From assembly GCA_964495755.1 (NCBI GenBank), contig CAZBXU010000003.1, positions 1 to 49,639 of the forward strand: a stretch of DNA of 49,639 nucleotides, read 5' to 3'. The notes under the pieces were generated by a model, which made no database searches, was not told where the DNA came from, and saw nothing but the letters and a program-made list of their open reading frames with translations. The position numbers and the translations under genes were made by a program. The stretch's first letter is position 1. The number at the start of each line of letters is the position of its first letter. Of this stretch, positions 42,610 to 49,639 are shown one piece after another. This stretch comes from an uncultured Spirochaetaceae bacterium (GTDB taxonomy: Bacteria; Spirochaetota; Spirochaetia; SZUA-6; DRHE01).

Positions 42610-44100
42610 ATGAACAGAACGGACACAGTGCTTTTGCGGATGGAAAAGATCACGAAACGGTTTCCGGGAGTGTTAGCTCTGGATGGCGTTTCGTTTTCTC
42701 TGAGAAAAGAAACAATTCACGCAGTGGTAGGACAGAACGGAGCGGGGAAATCGACACTTATTAATGTACTCAATGGTTCCATTAAGAAGGATGAGGGCAG
42801 AATCTATCTTGCAGATAAGGAGGTTGAGATCGGTTCAACCGCCGATGCCCTTGATCTGGGTTTGGCCTGCATCCACCAGGAAATGTTTGTTGTTCCCGAC
42901 GTCAGCGTGGCTGAAAATGTTTTTCTCGGTGACATCCCGGTTAAAGGTGTTTTTCAAAAAGTTGATTTCAGCCTGATGTATCGAAAATCAAGAGAAATTT
43001 TCGAGGAAATGGGCGTTGAGCTGGATGTGCGAAGAAACGTTAGAGGATTGGGCGTTGCAGAACAGCAGCTTATCATGATTGCCAGGGTTCTGCACAGGAA
43101 GTCCAGAATCCTTATCATGGACGAACCTACCGCATCTCTGGACACCCATGAAATCGAGAATCTTTTTCGTATCATTCGGAATCTAATTGCCTCCGGCCAG
43201 TCGGTTATCTACATATCCCACTATCTGAACGAGGTTTTTAGGATCGCCGACGAAGTCACGGTGCTACGAAACGGAAAGAAAATAATTACTAGTGACGTAA
43301 GCGATCTGAATGAGAAGGTTATCATCGAGCACATGCTAGGATTCAAGGAAGAGAGTAAGGAGTTCATCCGGAACGATAACCTGGGGCTAGTTGTCCTGGA
43401 GGTCGATCGTCTTTCCAGCGGTATATTGCTTCAGGAGGCCAGCTTTGCCATTCGGGAGGGTGAAGTTATCGGCTTGGCTGGGCTTTTAGGCTCCGGAAGG
43501 ACCGAGCTCGTGCGGGCGATCTTTGGTGCCGACAAGAAGAGCTCTGGCGAGGTTAAAGTAAACGGTGTACCTGTTTCGATTAATTCGCCCACCGATGCGG
43601 TAAGACTGGGTTTGGGATTGCTGACAGAAGAACGATTGCAAGGGATCATCCCTCAGTTCTCAGTGAAGCAAAATATCACATTGACAAATCTAAAAAAGAT
43701 TTCGAAGCTGTTTCGGTTAAACGGAAAGGAAGAGCAGAGGATCGCCGAGCTTTACGTTAAGCTGCTCAACATAAAGGTACTCTCCGTACTGCAAAAAATT
43801 AATAGCCTGAGCGGCGGGAACCAGCAGAAAGTCATCTTCGCTAAGTGGTTGCACAGCGACACCAAAATACTTTTTCTTGACGAGGCGACCAGGGGGATCG
43901 ATGTAGGAGCAAAGGTGGAAATTCTGGAAATGATCCTCGATCTGGCCAGGAAAGGTATATCCGTGGTCCTAATTTCTTCCGAATTCACCGACCTCGTTCG
44001 CGTCTGCAATAGAGTCTTGATCATGAAAAAAGGGAGAATCGTTCGAGAGTTGGAAAAGTTTCCTTCGGATTCATTCTTACAGTCCGAAGTGAATGCTTAA
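42610..44100 (+). CDS. Sugar ABC transporter ATP-binding protein (RbsA/MglA-type, duplicated NBD)
   Basis: 496 aa. NBD1 has GQNGAGKST, and the degenerate NBD2 has GLLGSGRTE and LSGGNQQK. Confidence 0.9.
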   Translation: MNRTDTVLLRMEKITKRFPGVLALDGVSFSLRKETIHAVVGQNGAGKSTLINVLNGSIKKDEGRIYLADKEVEIGSTADALDLGLACIHQEMFVVPDVSVAENVFLGDIPVKGVFQKVDFSLMYRKSREIFEEMGVELDVRRNVRGLGVAEQQLIMIARVLHRKSRILIMDEPTASLDTHEIENLFRIIRNLIASGQSVIYISHYLNEVFRIADEVTVLRNGKKIITSDVSDLNEKVIIEHMLGFKEESKEFIRNDNLGLVVLEVDRLSSGILLQEASFAIREGEVIGLAGLLGSGRTELVRAIFGADKKSSGEVKVNGVPVSINSPTDAVRLGLGLLTEERLQGIIPQFSVKQNITLTNLKKISKLFRLNGKEEQRIAELYVKLLNIKVLSVLQKINSLSGGNQQKVIFAKWLHSDTKILFLDEATRGIDVGAKVEILEMILDLARKGISVVLISSEFTDLVRVCNRVLIMKKGRIVRELEKFPSDSFLQSEVNA

Positions 44101-44131
44101 GCTTTCAAGAACGCAGAAATGGGAGTAGCAA

Positions 44132-45124
44132 GTGGAAGACACGATTCATGAAACGAAAAAACCTATAATCAGGTTCTTCAAACAGTTTACGTATCATAAA
44201 TACTTCCATGAGATCACCCTTCTCATGGTGCTCATTATTGTCTCTTTTATCCTTTCCCTGTTGACGCCATACTTTTTGACCACGAGGAATCTGCTGATCG
44301 TTCTGCAGCAGGTCTCAATTACTACGATAATCGCTTTCGGTATGGCTTTTGTGATTATTTCCCAGGGTATCGATCTGTCGGTAGGTGCAGCCATTGCTTT
44401 GATTGGACTTCCAGTGGCTAAAATCATCATCGCCGGAGGAGGGGACCCTCTGTTTTTCGCGATAGGCATACTCAGTGGAATCCTCTTGGGGGCTTTGATC
44501 GGCTTTGTAAACGGTCTTAACATCGTTTACTTAAAAATGGCCCCCTTCATCGCCACACTTGCCATGATGTCGATCTGCAGGGGTACGGTTCTGTCCCTGA
44601 CCAAGGGGCAACCGGTGTTTGGATTGCCAAACAGCTTCATCTTTATCGGAAATGGATTCATCGGGCCGATTCCCTTCTCGGTCATCATTATGCTGGTAAT
44701 CTTTGTTTCTGTTGTTTGGATTACCGAGTTTACATCCTTTGGTAGAACCGTCTATGCCCTGGGCGGGAACGAGGAAGCCGCCAGGTTGGCCGGCATCAAT
44801 GTCAAGAAGTATAGAATCGTGATCTATATGATTTCGGGCATCTGTGTCGGGATTGCTGGAGTTATCTTTTCTGCCCGCCTGGCTTCGGCTCAACCCTCGG
44901 CAGGGGATCCGTTTCTCTTCAATTCGATCACAGCTGCGATTCTTGGTGGAGTGGCGCTGTTTGGAGGGAGCGGAACAATGATTGGGGTTCTGATCGGGGC
45001 GGTTCTGATCGGCGTAATCAACAACGGGCAGGCTTTGCTGAACGTCGATCCGTATCTGCAGCACGTGGTGAGAGGGATAATCGTCCTTATAGCGGTTACC
45101 ACAGGTTCGCTCCGTAAGGGATGA
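44132..45124 (+). CDS. Sugar ABC transporter permease (RbsC-type)
   Basis: 330 aa with a BPD_transp_2-like multi-TM pattern (GIDLSVGA, TLAMMSICRG, GGNEEAARLAGINV). It uses a GTG start. Confidence 0.85.
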   Translation: MEDTIHETKKPIIRFFKQFTYHKYFHEITLLMVLIIVSFILSLLTPYFLTTRNLLIVLQQVSITTIIAFGMAFVIISQGIDLSVGAAIALIGLPVAKIIIAGGGDPLFFAIGILSGILLGALIGFVNGLNIVYLKMAPFIATLAMMSICRGTVLSLTKGQPVFGLPNSFIFIGNGFIGPIPFSVIIMLVIFVSVVWITEFTSFGRTVYALGGNEEAARLAGINVKKYRIVIYMISGICVGIAGVIFSARLASAQPSAGDPFLFNSITAAILGGVALFGGSGTMIGVLIGAVLIGVINNGQALLNVDPYLQHVVRGIIVLIAVTTGSLRKG

Positions 45125-45255
45125 TTAGGAAATCTTGCCCAGCATGCCCCACAAGCCCTGCTTGAGCGGAAGGAGGTGATGTAAAAGAAAGCATATATGC
45201 ATGTTTGTTTTTCTGAAACGAATCAATTCAAAAAAAATGAAGAAAGGGGAAAGAA

Positions 45256-46383
45256 ATGAAGAAAATCGCCACTGTAAATTTGATCCTTCTGTTCGTCCTG
45301 TTAATCTCTGTCGGTGTATTCGCCGGCGGGCAGCAGGAAGCCGAGGAAGGACCCGTTGAGTTCGGAGAGTACGAGCTGGAGGCAGATGCCCAAGAGCAGC
45401 TCGAAACGGCGAAGGAGGCTGGCTACAAGGGAGTCATCGCTCTATCCTACGACACCACGGAGATTCCTGTTGTCGTGGCCCAGCAAAAGGCGAATAAGGA
45501 AACTGCTGAAAAGTACGGTTACAAGGCCGTGCTGTTCGATGCCCACTTCGATGCTGCCGAACAGCTGAACTCTTTTCAGACCATGATCCAACTGGGGGTC
45601 AAGGGTATCGTCTGCTCGGCAATAGACGACAAGGGAATCATTCCCGCCCTGAAATTAGCCGAGAAAGCCGGCATTCCGGTGGTCATGGAGGATGGTGGTG
45701 TAGCCAATGTGCCGGAAGCCAAGGGTTTGACTGTCGGTTACGTGGGTGCCGACAACTTCCGTGCCGGCGAGCTTGCCGGAGAGTATATCGCCTGGAGATT
45801 GAAGGGCAAAGGCAAAGTCGCTGTTATGGGATATCGCACCATTACGGCTGCCTATGACCGTGAAAACGGTGTCATAAACGTATTGAAGCACTATCCGGGG
45901 ATCGAGATTGTGGCTTACGGTGAAGCCGTGGGTGTACCGGCAGGACTACAAAACATGCAGGATTTTATACAGAGGGTCCCCGACCTGGCTGCTGTATATT
46001 GCTGCAATGATCCCGGCGGTGAAGGCGCCTACCAGGCCATTCTTGCAGCTGGAAAGCAGGACCAGATCTTCATCTGTGCAAACGATGGGGACCCTCTGGC
46101 CCTACAGTATATCAGGGAATCCAAGGGAAAGACATACGCCTACTCCAGCGCTCAGTGGCCTCAGGTGATGGGTAAAGTAGCGGTGGAAAATCTAGTAGCA
46201 GCGATCGAGGGAAGAAAAAAGGACATTGTTTCCAACGTTGAGATCATCGGAACAGAGCTCTACTTCCCGCTGTTCTACGTGGCTCCATTTCCTATTACGA
46301 TCGACACCCTTGACGATTATCCCGAGTGGACAGTCCCTATGGATTACCGGGATATCGACTCAACGCCCCCATGGTGGAAATAG
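45256..46383 (+). CDS. Sugar ABC transporter periplasmic binding protein (RbsB/LacI-fold)
   Basis: It has a signal peptide and a Peripla_BP_4-like core. An AAAGGGGAAAG ribosome-binding site precedes the ATG. Confidence 0.8.
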   Translation: MKKIATVNLILLFVLLISVGVFAGGQQEAEEGPVEFGEYELEADAQEQLETAKEAGYKGVIALSYDTTEIPVVVAQQKANKETAEKYGYKAVLFDAHFDAAEQLNSFQTMIQLGVKGIVCSAIDDKGIIPALKLAEKAGIPVVMEDGGVANVPEAKGLTVGYVGADNFRAGELAGEYIAWRLKGKGKVAVMGYRTITAAYDRENGVINVLKHYPGIEIVAYGEAVGVPAGLQNMQDFIQRVPDLAAVYCCNDPGGEGAYQAILAAGKQDQIFICANDGDPLALQYIRESKGKTYAYSSAQWPQVMGKVAVENLVAAIEGRKKDIVSNVEIIGTELYFPLFYVAPFPITIDTLDDYPEWTVPMDYRDIDSTPPWWK

Positions 46384-46407
46384 CTATTCACTCAGGGGAA
46401 TAACGTG

Positions 46408-46440
46408 TACGGGTGGGGGATTCCCCCTGCCCGTATTTCT
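46408..46440 (+). terminator. Probable rho-independent terminator
   Basis: An imperfect hairpin, TACGGGTGGGG / CCCCTGCCCGTA, is followed by TTTCT. It lies 25 nt after the binding-protein stop. Confidence 0.5.
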
Positions 46441-46467
46441 AAAAGAGCAAAGGGGATAGGTAGGTCT

Positions 46468-47727
46468 ATGGACCTGGATGAGAAGATAGTTGCTCAAACG
46501 CCGGCGATATCGGAAAACCGCCTCTACCAGAATCTCGTGGAACTGTGTTCGATCGGAAACCGCTGGCCGGGCACGACCGGGGAAGCCAAAGCATGCGAAT
46601 ACATGCAGAGTGCAATGGAATCATGGGCCGACTCCGTCACGGTTGAAGAGTTCGATTATCCGCACTACACACCGATCTCATCCAGTGTTTCCATCACCGA
46701 TCCTGCAAATCAACTGATTCCTTCTGTCGGTTTGGAATACTCCGGTACCGGAAACGTCCACGGACGCTTGGTTTATGTCGGAGAGGGAAGGGAGGAGGAC
46801 TTTCAGTACCTGACTGACGTGGGATGCGGATTTGAAGGTGCGATTCTCCTCGCGAAGACCAACCGTCCGTACATAGTTGCCGAGCATGCTGAGAGAAACA
46901 CGTCCGAAGGATTGATCATCATCTCCGACTCGCCTTTCGGAACGTTTCGGCAAATCACCTCTCGAATGGGTTTCGAGGAGGGAGAAGATTTACTGGGTTT
47001 CGGGATTTCGATACCGGGGGCGATCATAGATAGAAGCTGCGGTGATCGCCTGTTGAGCCTCCTTTCTTCAGGAAGTGTAGAGGTATCCGTGGAGCACAGG
47101 AGCAATGTGGAGCTGAGGAAGAGTTGGAATATAATTGGAAGTCTTCAGGGAACCGAAAAAAGCGAAGTGATCATCGGTGCTCATTACGATACCCAGATAG
47201 GTATACAAGGAGCCTGGGATAACGCTTCAGGATGTTCCGCCCTACTTGAAATTCTTAGAGTCTGCAGCAGAGCCAAATCGAAACGAACGATGAGATTCTG
47301 CGCTTTCGGATGTGAGGAAATCGGTCTCTTTGGTTCTACGAACTATGTTCGGCGCAGGGCTGAAGAGCTTGACAACCTGCTCTGCTATATTAACTTAGAC
47401 TCGACAAGCGCAGATGTCTGTACTACCCATGAGCTTCTGGCCTCAACAAAAATGCTGGATTTCGCACTGGAAATCATAGAGGGGAATACGAGTTGGAAAA
47501 TCACTCAATTCAGAGAGTTTGGTCCCCTGGACCACGAGCAGGACTCGGCCGAGTTTGTTAGACAGGGTGTTAATGCCATCTGGGCACACGAAGAGGGTAA
47601 TCCCTTCTTCCACACATGCTACGATACCCTGGAGACAATCGACAGGGCTAAACTTGCCCGAGCAGTTCGGGTCGACCTGCTGCTATTCTACTATCTGTCG
47701 AAGTGCAGCGAAGAAGGATTTTTCTAA
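46468..47727 (+). CDS. M28 family metallopeptidase (no signal peptide)
   Basis: The co-catalytic zinc-ligand pattern is GAHYDT, WDNASGCS, GCEEIGLFGS, INLDS and FHTCYD. I chose the start at ATG 46468. Confidence 0.8.
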   Translation: MDLDEKIVAQTPAISENRLYQNLVELCSIGNRWPGTTGEAKACEYMQSAMESWADSVTVEEFDYPHYTPISSSVSITDPANQLIPSVGLEYSGTGNVHGRLVYVGEGREEDFQYLTDVGCGFEGAILLAKTNRPYIVAEHAERNTSEGLIIISDSPFGTFRQITSRMGFEEGEDLLGFGISIPGAIIDRSCGDRLLSLLSSGSVEVSVEHRSNVELRKSWNIIGSLQGTEKSEVIIGAHYDTQIGIQGAWDNASGCSALLEILRVCSRAKSKRTMRFCAFGCEEIGLFGSTNYVRRRAEELDNLLCYINLDSTSADVCTTHELLASTKMLDFALEIIEGNTSWKITQFREFGPLDHEQDSAEFVRQGVNAIWAHEEGNPFFHTCYDTLETIDRAKLARAVRVDLLLFYYLSKCSEEGFF

Positions 47728-47789
47728 TGATCTCAACACGTTCGGGATGCAAGGTCCAAATTAGACTTTAGATGGGAGTGAAAATTAAT

Positions 47790-48521
47790 ATGGCGGATCA
47801 GGATTTCGCCGATATATTGAAGCCTTTGAAGAGGGAATCTATCTCGGTATCGATTCTAAATATGGTCACTGAGAGTATCCTCGCTGGCAGACTCAAGCCG
47901 GGAGACAAATTGCCGACAGAGTTGGAACTTACCGAGAAGTTAGGTGTCAGTAGAAACTCGGTGAGAGAAGCTATCAGGATGCTTGCTTCGCTGGGCGTGA
48001 TAGAGGTGAAAAGAGGTGCGGGAACCTTTATTAGCAGATCTGTGTCGAGCTCTGTACTGGATCAGCTGATGCTCAGCATGGCCTTTCACCAAGGAACCTC
48101 CAAAGAGTTGATTGAGATTAGGATGATGATCGAGATCGGAGCCGCGGAATTAGTAATCGACAACGCTTCCGACGAGCAGATCGATCAGCTGGAAAAAGCG
48201 AACCTTGGGTTAAAAGAGGCAACAGAAAAGCATGCTGATGATCCTCACTATCTGCGGGATCTTGATCTCAAGATTCATTTTACCCTGTTGGAGATAACCA
48301 ATAACTCATTTGCGACGAAGATCGGTAAGACCATTTACCGGCTGTTTTTTGCCTCTATTGAGGATACCGTAAAAAGAAACAGTATAAATGCATACAAGAA
48401 CCATCAACTGTACATCGAGGCGATTAAGAAGAGAGATAAAGATTTGGTGAGAAAGAGAATCAGAGAAGCTCTATCCTACTGGATGGAGTACGTCAAGCAT
48501 CCGCCGAAAAACTCTAATTGA
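47790..48521 (+). CDS. GntR family regulator, FadR/FCD subfamily
   Basis: Winged helix-turn-helix LPTELELTEKLGVSRNSVREAIRMLASLGVIEVKRGAGTFI, plus an all-helical FCD-like C-terminal domain. The GGGAGTG ribosome-binding site favours ATG 47790 over 47772. Confidence 0.85.
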   Translation: MADQDFADILKPLKRESISVSILNMVTESILAGRLKPGDKLPTELELTEKLGVSRNSVREAIRMLASLGVIEVKRGAGTFISRSVSSSVLDQLMLSMAFHQGTSKELIEIRMMIEIGAAELVIDNASDEQIDQLEKANLGLKEATEKHADDPHYLRDLDLKIHFTLLEITNNSFATKIGKTIYRLFFASIEDTVKRNSINAYKNHQLYIEAIKKRDKDLVRKRIREALSYWMEYVKHPPKNSN

Positions 48522-48552
48522 AGGCAGAGCATCACGTTGAGGAGGACATCTA

Positions 48553-48951
48553 ATGGAAATCATTAAAAGCTGGCAGGAAGAAGGGGTTGACGTTCCTGAA
48601 CCGTATAGAAGGCATCTCAAGATCGTTCTTGCCGCGGACAAAAGGAATGTTCCAGAGATCACTTTTACCTTCGTTTACCTATATCCGCATAGCAAAACAG
48701 ACTACCATAAACACGATCGCCCTGAGCTGATCATCGTACTGTCGGGTAGGGGGAAATCGATCTGCGATGGATCAGAAGCAGATCTTCAACCGGATATGGC
48801 TCTCTGGATTCAGAAAGATGAGATCCATCAACTTGTCAACACCGGTGACGAGATGATGAAACTGGCCACCGTCTTCGTACCGGCCTATACGGCCAAAAAC
48901 TTGCTGGACGGTATTCTTGCCAGCGCGGAAAAAGACGGTCGGAATGGATGA
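48553..48951 (+). CDS. Cupin domain protein
   Basis: 132 aa with the cupin motif YHKHDRPELIIVLSGRG and a second motif DEIHQLVNTG. Confidence 0.75.
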   Translation: MEIIKSWQEEGVDVPEPYRRHLKIVLAADKRNVPEITFTFVYLYPHSKTDYHKHDRPELIIVLSGRGKSICDGSEADLQPDMALWIQKDEIHQLVNTGDEMMKLATVFVPAYTAKNLLDGILASAEKDGRNG

Positions 48952-49639
48952 ACGTATAAAAAAACTGACTGAGATGGCGCGTGTTCTGCGTATGGACGTA
49001 GTGCGGATGATCCATCTGGCAGGAGACGGGCATCCTGGTCCGTCTCTGTCCGTGGCTGACATCATTGCAGCTCTGTACTTCGAGGTAATGCATATCGACC
49101 CCGAAAACCCCGATTGGAAGGACAGAGATCGACTCGTGCTTTCTAAAGGACACGCCTGCCCCGTTCTCTATGCCGCCCTGGCTCGCCGGGGGTATTTCGC
49201 GATTGAGGAACTACCCGGGCTGCGCTCATTGGAGTCCATGCTCCAGGGCCACCCCGATATGAACAAAACACCGGGGATTGACACCACATCCGGTTCTTTG
49301 GGAAACGGAATTTCGATAGGCCTGGGTATGGCTCTGGCCGCTCGTCTCAGGAGACAGGACTACTACGTCTATGTGATCACCGGGGATGGCGAGCTGGAGG
49401 AGGGTGTCGCCTGGGAGGCCATGATGGCGGCAAAACATTATCGCGTAGGGCGTTTGATTACCATCATCGACAACAACGAGATGCAGAGCGGCGGTCCTGT
49501 TGAAAAAATCAGCGGGCTATACCCCATACTGCCCAAGCTGAAGGCTTTCGGCTGGCATTGTCAGGAAATCGATGGGCATAACTTCATCGAGATACTCAGA
49601 TCCATTCAGCTGGCTCAGGTAGAGGAGTCCAAGCCTTCG
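48944..49639 (+). CDS. Transketolase, N-terminal (TPP-binding) subunit, 3' end outside window
   Basis: This ORF is not in the ORF track because it has no stop. The ATG at 48944 overlaps the cupin stop. The translation reads MDERIKKLTEMARVLRMDVVRMIHLAGDGHPGPSLSVADIIAALYF...SKGHACPVLYAAL...GSLGNGISIG...ITGDGELEEG...IIDNN and stays in frame to the window end (232 codons). Confidence 0.85.
   Translation, partial: MDERIKKLTEMARVLRMDVVRMIHLAGDGHPGPSLSVADIIAALYFEVMHIDPENPDWKDRDRLVLSKGHACPVLYAALARRGYFAIEELPGLRSLESMLQGHPDMNKTPGIDTTSGSLGNGISIGLGMALAARLRRQDYYVYVITGDGELEEGVAWEAMMAAKHYRVGRLITIIDNNEMQSGGPVEKISGLYPILPKLKAFGWHCQEIDGHNFIEILRSIQLAQVEESKPS

Noticed and set aside
45171-45184. AGGAGGTG followed by ATG TAA (a start-stop mini-ORF) between the permease and binding-protein genes. 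The palindrome GCATATATGC lies nearby at 45191-45200.
   Set aside because: The spacing from the Shine-Dalgarno core to the ATG is only about 2 nt, and there is no supporting context. The 10-bp AT-rich palindrome is short enough to occur by chance.
1-49639. Mobile elements, CRISPR arrays, tRNA/rRNA genes, toxin-antitoxin systems or known defence systems.
   Set aside because: I saw no transposase, integrase or recombinase motifs, and no regularly spaced repeats. The only tandem repeat is the 15-bp duplication at 25741-25770. No cloverleaf-like or rRNA-like segments stood out in the intergenic regions, which are all shorter than about 320 bp. This is a by-eye assessment only; tRNAscan, Infernal and defence-system HMMs should confirm it.

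Overview
This 49.6 kb window looks like chromosomal DNA from an anaerobic, sugar-using, diderm bacterium. The clues are a TolC-type outer-membrane factor, sigma54-dependent regulation and [FeFe]-hydrogenase genes; the taxon cannot be assigned from sequence alone. I support about 50 protein-coding genes. By eye I saw no rRNA, tRNA, CRISPR array, transposase or integrase.

Layout, left to right:
- 96-1828: a CueP-like lipoprotein, a frameshifted DUF1684 gene and an orphan stub of a glycyl-radical-enzyme activase.
- 1865-6197: a LacI regulator plus an E3-less 2-oxoacid/acetoin dehydrogenase E1alpha/E1beta/E2 operon. It sits behind a sigma70-like promoter with a perfect 26-bp palindrome.
- 6295-8317: a lipoprotein and a MATE exporter.
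- 8430-13958: a CUT1-type sugar ABC system (permease, permease, binding protein) with a TIM-barrel isomerase, a cytoplasmic NMT1/THI5-like protein and a flavin-reductase-like protein.
- 13953-15296: a CopD-like membrane protein divergent from a Crp/Fnr regulator.
- 15424-20447: a TolC / membrane-fusion / ABC (MacAB-like) efflux operon ending in a small secreted protein. Its permease carries an apparent frameshift.
- 20734-23205: a CbiM/NikM-PDGLE-CbiQ-CbiO ECF metal importer behind a NikR-like operator.
- 23335-42368 (the standout): 17 co-oriented minus-strand genes.
- 42517-49639: a lower-GC cluster with an RbsACB-like sugar ABC system, an M28 peptidase, a GntR regulator, a cupin and a split transketolase that runs off the window.

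In the standout block, a membrane histidine kinase and an NtrC-type activator sit upstream of a near-consensus sigma54 promoter. That promoter heads a tightly coupled 15-gene, 16.2 kb cluster. The cluster combines a HydABC-type [FeFe] hydrogenase, two H-cluster-like sensor proteins, an REC-REC-(REC-PAS-HK) phosphorelay and an ABC importer. The HydB subunit is fused to a GltD/NfnB-like module, and HydA has a non-canonical TSCSPGW motif. One sensor is fused to a histidine kinase and the other to an anti-sigma-type kinase domain, with DRTGG, PHP and GHKL accessory proteins.

All family calls come from reading motifs in the translations. No database search was run, and start codons are best guesses.
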